64,000 nucleotides of DNA from Piedraia hortae CBS 480.64 (Eukaryota), in NCBI GenBank assembly GCA_010093745.1, contig MU005987.1, positions 62,001 to 126,000 of the forward strand. The letters are read 5' to 3'. The notes beneath the pieces were generated by a model. That model ran no database searches. It was not told the origin of the DNA and saw only the letters and a list, made by a program, of their open reading frames with translations. Made by a program: the position numbers and the translations under genes. Below are positions 54,372 to 64,000 of the stretch, in pieces (within the stretch, counting starts at the first letter, position 1; each line of letters begins with the position of its first letter).

Positions 54372-57300
54372 TCAATGCCCATTGTAATTGTTGCCCCATC
54401 CTCCGCGTGGGTACGAATAGTGCGCATAAGGGTAAGGGTATGCCGGGCCTTGCTGGTGACCGCCCAGCCCGCCCAGCGCTCCGTACTGTCCACCCTGACC
54501 GGGAAAGCCTGGGTATCCTGCGCCTCCGAGACCGGAGTGCTGCGACTGCGACGGCGGGAGACCGCCGGGAGTACCGGCCGCGCTGTTGGCAGCCGAATCG
54601 GGACGTCCTGGCTGGCCTAAAGCTGGAGACGCGCTATTCTTGGAATCGAGATGCTTCAGCGATTCGTCTGGACCGCTCATGGCCTGCGGCCCATACTGCT
54701 GGCCACCAAAACCAGAAGCGGAGCGTCCGTACGCGTCAAAGCCACCCTGAGAGGTGGGACCAGAACCTCGCCCGTACTCGTCCAACCCGCCGACACCAGA
54801 GCCCATGCCGCTCGCACTACGCATCGAATTCTGTCCAAATGCGCCCGCGTTGGCTGGTGACCCCGAGTGTTGGTCGAACGAAGAGTGAGAGCCTATGTAG
54901 CCCGGTGGTCCACCGTACATGCCGCCCTGTTTGCCAGCAAGGCCAGCATTGTAGGCATTATTGTAGCCAGTAAATTGATTCTGATAGGCTTGCTGGAAAG
55001 GGCTTGGGTAGTAAGCGTGCCCGTACGGAAAAGCGCCTGCCCCCGCCCCGTATCCAGCCGGCGGCTGATGGTGGTGATGAGCCGGGCCCTGGTGCATCGA
55101 ATGCGGCTGCGCATTTGCGCCCATGAGCGGATTAGGCGTATTTTGGCCCGAACCCTGGTTGTCGCCGAAGCGAGACTGGGCGGATTGTAAGCCGGGATGC
55201 GCAGCAGAGTTCTTGGTACTAACCGGATGAGCCTGGCCGGCAAAGCCAGAGTCAACGTGACCGCCCAGTCCACTAGCAGAGCGTTGTTGCCCCAGCACGT
55301 GCACGTCCTGGTGCTGCTGGGCGCGGGCGTCCTGGGGTCCGTAGCCTGCTGCACCGCCATGATATTGTGGGTAGGCGTTGCGCTGGCCTTCGCTGGACGC
55401 ATATTGCATAGGATATTCCATCGGGCCTGACGACATCGCGCCGAACCCGCCTGTCTGGTTTTGATGCGGTCCTTGCTGTGGCCCCTGGGGTGCGTATTGG
55501 TCATACCCGCCGGGTTGCGATCCAAAGGCATCATACCTCTGCTGTTGCGGCTGATGCGCACCTGGCTGAGCATTGCGGCCATATTGGTCGTACGAAGGAG
55601 TCTCTTGGTGGTTCTCAGACTCTGCCGGCTGTTGCGTCTGGTGAGTCTGCGGAGACATGAATCCCGCGCCCTGCTTGTGTTGCTGCATCTCCGGTGCCGC
55701 TACCTCCTGTCTTCGAGGCATCGGGGGTAGAGACGTCCGCGGCTGCGAGGGGGGCGAATGCTGCAGAATCTTCTGAGTCTCTGGCTCCTCCCTGTCTTCA
55801 TCAACGTCGGGGCCGGAGTCGCTTCCCAAGCCCATGCTGCCAAACTGAACAGCGGCCCGGTCTACGGCGTTGTGGCCAGGCAAGACAACGGCCTCCTGTT
55901 GTTCTTGAATCTTGCGATGATAGCTTGCGCTTCTTCCGAGGCCGCTTGCCGCGCGTTGGGCAGTCGCAGCGTAACCCATGGTAGGGCGGCTGCCGATCGG
56001 CGGATGCGCGCTGGGCAGCGGCGTCAGATTACGGGGATCAACCGAACCGGTGGTGCTAGCTGCCGTATGAGTCATGGGGGGATGAGAGGCATCGGGAAGA
56101 TGCTCTACGTTTTCCTCCGTCAGGGGAGCCTTTGGTCCAGGAACCTTCAATTCTCCGGACGTAGTCTCGGCATGGCTTTCATTTTGCATCGCACTGGGCG
56201 TTGTAGGTGCCTGAGCAGCGTGTTCTTTGGAAGCAAGCCCGATATTAGGCACCGCGGGTCTAACAAGCCCGCTCTTTGGTTTGGACTGAGACACTAAGCT
56301 TGCCCACGTCTTCTTTGGTCCATCTTGGGGAATCAAACTGCTCTTTGCCGGTTCTGCAGGCTTTGCGGGAGCGACATTACCCCATCCAGAGCCTGTATCG
56401 GGCGCGGTATTGGGCGCACCCCAGCCGCTCGACGTGGGCTGGCTGTCCCATCTACCAGCCGCCGCTGCAGTCGGCTTGGAGTCCCCACTGCTAGAAGTCT
56501 CCGCTGGGGCGGAATCCCAACCGCTCGACGCCTCGGCCGGCTTAGAATCCCAGCCGCCAGATGCCGGAGCTTCCGGCTTAGAGTCCCATGCAGCGGTAGT
56601 CGTTGCAGCTGGTTTCGCATCCCATGCGCCGGAAGTTGCAGCTGGCGCCGCGTTCCATCCACCTGAGCTTGCGGCAGGTTTCGCGTCCCATCCAATGGTC
56701 GAGCTCTCACCGGTCTCGGCCTTGGGCTTGTCCCAGCCCGACGCGGAGTTATCCCCTCCTCCGGAAGCAGCATTAGTAGCCGAGTTTTTCCACCCACCGG
56801 TAGCGGCGGAATTATCCCATCCGCCGCCGCCGGCAGAGGTGTCCCAGGCACTGTTGGATGTCTCCCAGGTACTCGAGTCGTCAGCCGGAGTATCGTAGCT
56901 TGAGGAGTGGCCGCCCCTTCCGCGGCCCCGGCCAGAACCTCTCCCGCGTTCGCCGCGCGCTGAGTCGTAGCCGCCGCGACCACGTCCACCACGGCCGGGC
57001 TTGTCCGCGGCCGGCTCCTCCTTTGCTTTGGAGCGCGCGCGATCTTTTGGCTTCTTCACTTCAGCAAACTGCGACACGTTGCCGCGCGTGATTTTGTCCA
57101 CCGTATCTGAGAGATCGCCATGACACTCTTGAAGGGCAAAGACAAGGTCGTCGTCGGTCCAGTCGGGAAACATGTCCTTGAGAATTGGCAAGTCATTGTG
57201 GTATTTGCGCTTCATTTCGCCGATCTCGCCTTCTTCTTCCACGGGCGCTTCAAGCGAAGTCGCTTCGCGTGAGCCATTGGTGGTTCGTCGGGAGCCGCGC

Positions 57301-57377
57301 GGCCCTCCTCTGCCATGGCCTCCTCTACCTCCACGGGCAGTGCTTCGGCCACGGGGTCTCACGTCGCCTTCCGACAT
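54372..57377 (-). CDS. DEF1: RNA polymerase II degradation factor Def1-like CUE-domain protein
   Basis: N-terminal RGG, CUE-like LKDMFPDWTDDDLVFALQE, EQQEAVVLPG..VQFGS, Q/G/Y-rich C-terminus. Possible in-frame 48-nt intron at 55176-55223. Confidence 0.85.
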   Translation of the reverse strand: MSEGDVRPRGRSTARGGRGGHGRGGPRGSRRTTNGSREATSLEAPVEEEGEIGEMKRKYHNDLPILKDMFPDWTDDDLVFALQECHGDLSDTVDKITRGNVSQFAEVKKPKDRARSKAKEEPAADKPGRGGRGRGGYDSARGERGRGSGRGRGRGGHSSSYDTPADDSSTWETSNSAWDTSAGGGGWDNSAATGGWKNSATNAASGGGDNSASGWDKPKAETGESSTIGWDAKPAASSGGWNAAPAATSGAWDAKPAATTTAAWDSKPEAPASGGWDSKPAEASSGWDSAPAETSSSGDSKPTAAAAGRWDSQPTSSGWGAPNTAPDTGSGWGNVAPAKPAEPAKSSLIPQDGPKKTWASLVSQSKPKSGLVRPAVPNIGLASKEHAAQAPTTPSAMQNESHAETTSGELKVPGPKAPLTEENVEHLPDASHPPMTHTAASTTGSVDPRNLTPLPSAHPPIGSRPTMGYAATAQRAASGLGRSASYHRKIQEQQEAVVLPGHNAVDRAAVQFGSMGLGSDSGPDVDEDREEPETQKILQHSPPSQPRTSLPPMPRRQEVAAPEMQQHKQGAGFMSPQTHQTQQPAESENHQETPSYDQYGRNAQPGAHQPQQQRYDAFGSQPGGYDQYAPQGPQQGPHQNQTGGFGAMSSGPMEYPMQYASSEGQRNAYPQYHGGAAGYGPQDARAQQHQDVHVLGQQRSASGLGGHVDSGFAGQAHPVSTKNSAAHPGLQSAQSRFGDNQGSGQNTPNPLMGANAQPHSMHQGPAHHHHQPPAGYGAGAGAFPYGHAYYPSPFQQAYQNQFTGYNNAYNAGLAGKQGGMYGGPPGYIGSHSSFDQHSGSPANAGAFGQNSMRSASGMGSGVGGLDEYGRGSGPTSQGGFDAYGRSASGFGGQQYGPQAMSGPDESLKHLDSKNSASPALGQPGRPDSAANSAAGTPGGLPPSQSQHSGLGGAGYPGFPGQGGQYGALGGLGGHQQGPAYPYPYAHYSYPRGGWGNNYNGH

Positions 57378-58264
57378 TATGTGCAAGGCTGTAAGAAGCG
57401 GTCGCACTGGACAGGCTGTACAGCTCAGCACAGAGGCAGAGCTGAATGGGACTGTGAAACGGAAATCAAAGACGAATAAAAAACAACAAACCGTTGCGGC
57501 ATGCAACCGGGCGGGAAAAGGCTTGGGATGTGTGTGTGCGTGTTGAGTCGTGGTTTGAGACGCGAATGCCACGCAACGCACGGACCATCCATCTCTCCAT
57601 TTCTCCCACCACTCTTTGTCCCAGCCCTAAGCGCCCGTACAGGAAATCGCCATGTAGGATTAGACGCCGAGCAGCTGTGGGAGCTCGTAGCTTTTGCGCC
57701 ATTGACAGGCGTCCGTTACCATACTTACTTGCCTAGCTGTCACGACCATGACCTGCGAATTGACACGTATCCCACCACCTATCTGTGAATCTACATGTTC
57801 TATCATAATGTGGACCAACCCTAGCAGCTCTGCCGGAGCAGCCATTAAGCTCTGTGCGCTGTCGACGGGGCATACGCTCCACAGCTGTCAACGGTGACAT
57901 GTAGCGGTCATGAACCGTGCGGCAGGTGACACGGAACAACTATGAACACCAAAGTCGTGCCAGCTTTCGAGAGCTCTGCATTGCAGCTTGCCACGTTTGA
58001 CTGCCAGCTGCTGTAATCCCAGACGCGTCGAAGCAACTCCTCAGCTACAATTGAGAGAATGGAAAACTTGCTGCAGCACAACATTCTGTAGTCCTGTACA
58101 CGGTTGTTACTCATTTGCCCACCCGGTCCGCAAAAACGCCCGTCAAGGCTTTTTGATATTCATACAACACTCCTTTTCGCCCAGTCCCCGGCTATACAGA
58201 CCACTTCTCCAGGAACCACTATGTACAATATTGGAAATGAGCATCGTAAATTTGTGCCGTCAAC

Positions 58265-59853
58265 TTAGAGTCGTTTGCGCTTCCTCTCTTCTGGGCCTGA
58301 GCCGGATTCCTCCTCGTCACACTCAGCCGTGTCGGCAGGATTGAGCAACGAGTGCACGTTGCTGGTCATGCTGCTGCGACGAGACGTGTCCAGTCCCCGA
58401 AACGGAAAGCGCACGCCCGGAATCTGCCATCCAGCATCATTTGGGTTGGCAAAGCTGCTGAAGCTACTTGCAAAAGAAGCCGCACTCGACTCTTGCGCCG
58501 GCGGTGACGGCTGGCGAGAACTCGCTTGGCTGTCCCTCGCTCGGGTATTGCCTTGTGGCAGTTCATATGCAGACAGACTGTCGCGTAGGTTCTGATCCAC
58601 GTGTGGAGACGATGGCCATGCCGAGGGATTATGGGTCGAATGGGGCGAAACGTCCCTTGCGCCCTGCTGCCAGCCATTGACGCGAATGTTGGCAAAAGTG
58701 TGGCGTCGGCCTAAGTTTGCTGTCAAGGACGAAAAGGGCGGCGGTGGCGGGGGACAAGCAGCCCCTCGAGATGGAGAGTAGGTGCACCCGCTCATAGACC
58801 CCTGGCGCGCGGCCTGTACATGCGTCGGCACCGGCCCACGTATGGGCATACGAGCTGCTTGGGACGGATTCAACCGTTGACGGGGCGATGCAGGTGCGCC
58901 CGCATCGTTCAAGGAATCATCACGCAGCGACTCTATGTGCCGGGAAATACTCTGACGCAATGCACCAAGTTCACGGTGCGTCCTCGTGTCCGATTCGGGC
59001 ACCAGAGCCAAAACGTGGCCAGACAGCTCCAGATTGAGCCTCTGGGCTTGGGTAAGGCCGTCAAGAAGCCGACAGCACTGCACCCTCATTGCATTATACG
59101 CCTCCTCTGTACGAGCCAGACGGGCATGGAGATCTTGCTGGTGCCACTCGAGTATTCCGATGCGCGCATCGGGATCCGGCATGGAATCAACTGTTGGCGT
59201 TGCCAACGGGAGCTGCTTAGGCCCAGTAAACGAATCACGCTGGATGAGGGCATGGCGAGAGGCTCGCCTCCGAATCTCTCGAAGACCCGCCAGATCACCG
59301 CGCTTGAAGTTGCCTGCTCCGTGCCGAAACTCCCAGAGAGCCGAATCAGGGGAGCCCGTGTGGAAGACGTCGCTGACTGAGAGTGTCAGATTCGTCATAT
59401 GGTTATCCAAGTCCTACCTTTGTGGAACCCGTAGATGTTAAGCTGTCGCACAAACGATGAGATGTTTCCGTGTTTGAAGTATTGACTGTTGGTCAGCTGG
59501 AGCTTTACTCACCAGGCTCGAAACGTACGCAAGAACTTTTGCAAAATCCGACGACGGCGACATTACGAAGCTGTCGTTGGAGGTTGACCAAGAGATCAAA
59601 TGCTGTATCTTAGGATCTTCCAACATACTACATACGTCAGCCACTTTCGGCGAATAAAGACAACGGCCTACCTATAGAGCTTGTGAATGAAAGCTGTTTG
59701 GACCACCTTGGGCTGCTGCGCCGCAGCGGCAGAAGCTCCACCGGTGGAAGCACTGCTAGATGGAGGAGGAGGAGGTTCGGGAGCATTGGTAGCATTTGGG
59801 GCACCGGGTGGCTCCTCAGAAGGCCCCGCCTTAGGAGGAGGAGACGTATCCAT
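58265..59853 (-). CDS. HSF-type DNA-binding transcription factor (Sfl1-like)
   Basis: Spliced HSF domain QTAFIHKLYSMLED..YFKHGNISSFVRQLNIYGFHKVSDVFH..WEFRHG. Introns at 59628-59671, 59486-59528 and 59377-59417. C-terminal VHSLLNP. Confidence 0.9.
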
Positions 59854-60000
59854 GGGGAGCTAGCAAAACTCCTCCCCCTCGTATGCTGGAGGAGATGCAG
59901 TCCGACACGGGAAGTCCCGAAGCCGGAACGTTTCCGCCCCCTTTGACGGGCAGCAAATCTGAAACGAATGTTTCTCCATAAAACGCTGTTTATGCCGGGT

Positions 60001-61614
60001 CTATGACAGCATCGTCGTCACTTTGTACATCATGTCCTCAACATCGTACGCCTCCTGCGCTTCAGCGTAGACGCGCACCGCGTCCTCTGTTCCAGACGGG
60101 CGCACAAAACACCTTCCATTCTTGTACTTGCGCACAACCTCGTCGATGCGCTTCTGCATTCCTTCCGGTCGCGCAAGTCGCTGTTCGGCGGTATTGGGCT
60201 CCACTTGAAACCGTGACCGTGGAGCATCGACTCGCGCCAGTTTGTTGGGCAGTTCCTTGTATGTGCCCAACCACTCGTTCACGGTCCAACGGCGATGAGC
60301 GAGAATGACTTCGACCAACAGCAGGTCTGACAGAGCATCTCCAACTGTCTGGTTGATAAGTTCTGAAAGGGCTAGCAACAGCTCGAGCGCCTCCAGCTCG
60401 GCCGGCGACTCAGGCTGATGCTTGCGCAGGGTACGCAAAGCTCGATCTGAGAACAGCACAGTTCCATGTCCATTGGCCTCGAAGTAGACGCCAATATCGT
60501 GGTGACCAGCTGCGTGATGCAAGTGTTTGACGCCCGTCGCCGTGCACTCAATATCGAGCTTCAGCGTCTGTTTGATGTACTGGGTGGATGCACCATTGGC
60601 ATATGCGGTTTGTACCACTGCCATTGATAAATCCTTATTTAGCTTGGTCTTACGCAGCAAATCTGCAATGAAGGAAGCAGCCAGTGTGGCAATTCGGTCG
60701 CCATCCAGCAGCTTGAAAACGCTTCCTGGCGCATAAAAGTAGTAAACGACACGGTCAGCGTCTCCATCAAGCGACGCCCAGCGTTCGTTGGTGTTGCCAT
60801 CAAAGTTTCCAGGCGCGCGCTGATACGTCTTCACAAAGTCAGCTCCGCATCTCTCATTCAAAGCCGCTGGGTCGTCGATTTTATCATTAAAAACACGAAT
60901 GTCTACCGCCTTGGGAAGGTGTGCAATCAGTTTGCGCAGTTGGGGAGCGCCAACTCCATTAGCGCAATCTACGATGACCGGCGATGGACTGGGCGGTACA
61001 TCTTTCATAAGAGTGGTAAATGCCGTAGCCAGCTTTTCGTAATACCCTTCCTCGGAGACTGGTCCGTACGGTCGGCTCAGCTGCTGCGTATTTGCCGCGC
61101 GGACTAGATAATGCAACTGCGGAGTCGTCAGACACCCAAAGTCGGTGTATTCTGCCCCTACGGCATCTAGAGCGGACTTGATGACCTTGACCAAACGCAC
61201 GCCGCTGGGACGCGTATCGCGAGCGAAGATGACCTTGGACGGCTTGGTTTCGTTAACCCGCAGGGTCTCAAGCATGTCACCGTAACATTTGACTAGTTCG
61301 TCGGGCGTGCGGGTGTTGGAAAGCTTCGTGGAAGCCCCTTCCCAGTCCTGCACCATCATTTCTCCCAGGGGATCCACGATTTTGACGCCGTTGTCCTCGG
61401 CCTTGTTGTGCGATGCGGTGATCATGACTCCTATCGTGTGACCGCTCACTTTACGGGACCGAGTGGCTGCCGTAACGCCCACAGTGAAGACAACATAGTC
61501 GAGCAGTTGCTCCTTCATGCGGAAACCGGCGGTGCCGTAGCTGAAGTCGTCAACATCTGGGCGGGGTACCTTGGCCGCCGCAGCATGTAGAGCCTCTCCA
61601 AACCGGGTGTCCAT
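60001..61614 (-). CDS. PCM1: Phosphoacetylglucosamine mutase
   Basis: YGTAGFR, MITASHN, DGDADR, YFEANGHG, RPSGTEDAVRVYAEA. Intronless. Confidence 0.96.
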   Translation of the reverse strand: MDTRFGEALHAAAAKVPRPDVDDFSYGTAGFRMKEQLLDYVVFTVGVTAATRSRKVSGHTIGVMITASHNKAEDNGVKIVDPLGEMMVQDWEGASTKLSNTRTPDELVKCYGDMLETLRVNETKPSKVIFARDTRPSGVRLVKVIKSALDAVGAEYTDFGCLTTPQLHYLVRAANTQQLSRPYGPVSEEGYYEKLATAFTTLMKDVPPSPSPVIVDCANGVGAPQLRKLIAHLPKAVDIRVFNDKIDDPAALNERCGADFVKTYQRAPGNFDGNTNERWASLDGDADRVVYYFYAPGSVFKLLDGDRIATLAASFIADLLRKTKLNKDLSMAVVQTAYANGASTQYIKQTLKLDIECTATGVKHLHHAAGHHDIGVYFEANGHGTVLFSDRALRTLRKHQPESPAELEALELLLALSELINQTVGDALSDLLLVEVILAHRRWTVNEWLGTYKELPNKLARVDAPRSRFQVEPNTAEQRLARPEGMQKRIDEVVRKYKNGRCFVRPSGTEDAVRVYAEAQEAYDVEDMMYKVTTMLS

Positions 61615-61687
61615 TTGGGAGGGAATGAGAGGAGAAGGTTGGGATTGACGTGTGATGGCAGTGGGGGAGGGGCAGAGAGACTTTTGG

Positions 61688-62058
61688 TGCCTCAGGCATC
61701 CATCAGGGGAGCTGTGATGCCACGAACTTGACCAATCACCTCCGTCATGTCTGCCATGCTGTAGCTGCTGATGTACGTAGAGTTACCTAGTTCTGTATTG
61801 ATGATCTTAGAGCTCACTGGTTTTGCCTCCATGGCTTTAGCACTTCTGTAGCTTCGGTCCAGTGCAGATTACACAGCTGCCGGGGAGCGGCAAGCCGCAT
61901 CTAAGGTCTCGGCGGTCATGCATATTCGTGAAAACTCTGAGCAAAAGTCAGTAGCGTGTGGTCGACTTAGAAATGGCCTGACTTGGGAAAATGTGCCTGA
62001 TTGTTGTCGTGTTGGCTTATCGTTCATGCGACATTAGGTGACACTGATGCCTCAGGCA
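61688..62058. promoter_or_regulatory. Two copies of quasi-palindrome TGCCTCAGGCA in the PCM1/MRPL28 divergent promoter
   Basis: Exact 11-mers at 61688-61698 and 62048-62058, each 37-73 bp from an ATG. Confidence 0.55.
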
Positions 62059-62095
62059 AATACAACCCACCGCACTTCACATCAACAAACAGACC

Positions 62096-62745
62096 ATGAA
62101 GATATTACCGCCCAATATGACCTTCGTTCAAGCTAGGACGGTTCCTACACTACGGCGATCACTGCCTCTACAGCCATCATGTCCGCTTCCTTGCCGACCG
62201 TTCTCCAACACCACCACCAACATGGCGCGCAAGAATGCAGGGCCCAAAACCGACATGCGAGTCAGTAGGTGCGGTCTACGCAATGGAAAACTGGGCTAAT
62301 AATGTCTCAGCGGTAATCAGGTATCACATGCGACATCCTAAGCTGCCTCGAACACTGTCTTTTGCGAGGTTCGAGATCCAATCATATATTCTTCCCAATC
62401 AGCTCACTGGTATATAGGAACCGTCATCTCCGACACTGGACCATTCATAGAGCATGGCAGCTTCATCAAGCTAAACTCCGGCGGGCACGTAAACTCGAGC
62501 TTGAGCGACAGTTCAACTCTATGGCTGCAGCGTGCGAGCACCTGCGCCTCATGGATGGGAATGGACTTACTGCTGCAGATCGTACTCGTCTTGGTGTCAC
62601 GGCTGACCCAGGTAAGAGTGAGGGGCGGCTCTTCCGCACTGCAATGCAGAAGAATAAGATTTGGGACAATGTCCCTATAGAATACGCCCGGATCCAGACC
62701 GATACGCCGCCAAAGGATGGCTGGAACTCAGTATGGACTCGATAA
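62096..62745 (+). CDS. MRPL28: Mitochondrial large-subunit ribosomal protein mL40
   Basis: Presequence; LPRTLSFARNRHLRHWTIHRAW after splicing introns 62265-62310 and 62369-62417; PIEYARIQTDTPP..GWN..W. Confidence 0.88.
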
Positions 62746-62862
62746 GCCATTGTATTATTGAACATAGTACTGTAATGTTATTAATCAAGCAGAAGACGTC
62801 GTCCTATGTGTATGAACGTGAACATAACAAAATCATCCTCAGGAAACTAGATGCCCCACGGT

Positions 62863-64000
62863 TCAGCACTCCATCATCTGCAACACTCTTCTCAACTCAT
62901 CAACAGCCTCAATCCCCCTCTCCAACCCCACCATCTCCTCCGGACAAAACAAACCCACGTCCAATCCGCCATGCTTATTAATCGCAAACTCCACATCAAC
63001 GGAAAATAAAACCCCCTCCGTATCCACGTCTAAGACCCCACCCTCTCCAGGTTCAGGCGAGCCCACAACCTTCTCATACCCCACCCGCTTTTCCTCAACA
63101 GACACAATCCACCTCTCCCCATCCTCATGCTCCGGCACCCTCAAAAAATTCACAAACCCGTCAACCTTAACACCAGTCCACTCCCAAACCTCATTCAACC
63201 CAACAAACGCATTCGCCCCGTCACCCAACCTCCCAAGATCGTCCGCAACCTCACGCGCCACCTCCCCCAACGCCCTCGTGGGTTCTCTAACCCGTAACGG
63301 AACAAACCCTAGCGTAGGAAACCTCAACTCCTCCATCCCATGGATTTGCGAGCGATTAGAGAGGTAAATCCCTAACACGACTTCCCTTCCCCCCGTAAGG
63401 TGAGAGTAAATCTTCGCCCAGGCCGCGAAGATGATTGATTGGATCATCAGATCTTTTCGCTTTGCGAGGGATGCGATCTTCCCGGTGTGCAGGAGGTTGG
63501 GGCTGAAGATCTCAGTTCGTGAATGCCTAGGGAGTGGTTGCGGGAGGTAGGTTGGTTGGAAGTTGGAGAGGTAGGTTTTGTAGAATTTCTGGCGGGAGTA
63601 CTTTGAGGTGGGTGAGTGTTGGAGGGAGAGCAAGTCCCGTTCGTGGAGAGGTGTGGGCGGGAGGGGCCTATCGGAGAGAATGGCTGCGTAGTCTTGGATC
63701 AGGAGGTGGAGGGAGACAGCGTCATATAGAGCGTGATGGATTTTGAGGTGGATTTCGTTACCTTCTGGGTGTAGGGTGGCCATTGGGTTTTTGGGTTGGT
63801 GTTTGAGAATGATTTGGTAGACCTCGTCTTGATGGGTATGAAAGATTGTGCGTAAGATTGGACGTATTGCGACTAGTTGCTCCCATGCGTTGAGAACTTG
63901 TTGAGGAGGGAAGCTCCGCTTTAGTTTGTATCGGAACGTGGGATAGAAGAGGCTTCCATTACTTTTGGCCCATACCGAAAGCATGTAGGCTTGGCCTGTT
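62863..64000 (-). CDS. 3' end of an NRPS: terminal condensation domain, SidC/ferrichrome-synthetase-like (5' part outside the window)
   Basis: PILRTIF, IHHALYDAVS (HHxxxD), VVLGIYLSNRS, FVNFL. The frame is open to the window edge. Confidence 0.85.
   Translation of the reverse strand, partial: TGQAYMLSVWAKSNGSLFYPTFRYKLKRSFPPQQVLNAWEQLVAIRPILRTIFHTHQDEVYQIILKHQPKNPMATLHPEGNEIHLKIHHALYDAVSLHLLIQDYAAILSDRPLPPTPLHERDLLSLQHSPTSKYSRQKFYKTYLSNFQPTYLPQPLPRHSRTEIFSPNLLHTGKIASLAKRKDLMIQSIIFAAWAKIYSHLTGGREVVLGIYLSNRSQIHGMEELRFPTLGFVPLRVREPTRALGEVAREVADDLGRLGDGANAFVGLNEVWEWTGVKVDGFVNFLRVPEHEDGERWIVSVEEKRVGYEKVVGSPEPGEGGVLDVDTEGVLFSVDVEFAINKHGGLDVGLFCPEEMVGLERGIEAVDELRRVLQMMEC

Overview
Eukaryotic DNA from a filamentous ascomycete (Pezizomycotina-type proteins; spliceosomal GT..AG introns). 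The gene blocks are very compact: about 30 protein-coding genes, introns of only 41-60 nt, and intergenic gaps down to 5-46 bp. Recognisable genes encode NADPH-P450 reductase, a PAQR/IZH protein, a DUF2235 hydrolase, a Kelch protein, Arc15, a Ufd1-like protein, cytochrome c heme lyase, a PQ-loop transporter, Dbp4, a DnaJ protein, Hsp10, Swt21/TCAB1, an F-box protein, Vps35, Dpm1, Tfb2, Def1, an Sfl1-like HSF factor, Pcm1, MRPL28 and the 3' end of a SidC-like NRPS. Gene-poor islands (about 1-3.4, 33.2-40.4, 44.3-47.6 and 50.3-53.2 kb) hold Ty1/copia and Tc1/mariner remnants and a dispersed, sequence-variant 5S rRNA gene. The most notable island lies between DPM1 and TFB2. It carries (i) a secreted precursor with Kex2 (KR)-delimited peptide repeats and (ii) a full-length but broken GH25 muramidase (lysozyme) gene that the ORF track misses. 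Also notable are a TPR-like gene split by a T7 frameshift, a tryptophan-repeat array in Def1, and a 46-bp head-to-head gene pair. All calls come from manual motif reading; no database searches were run.
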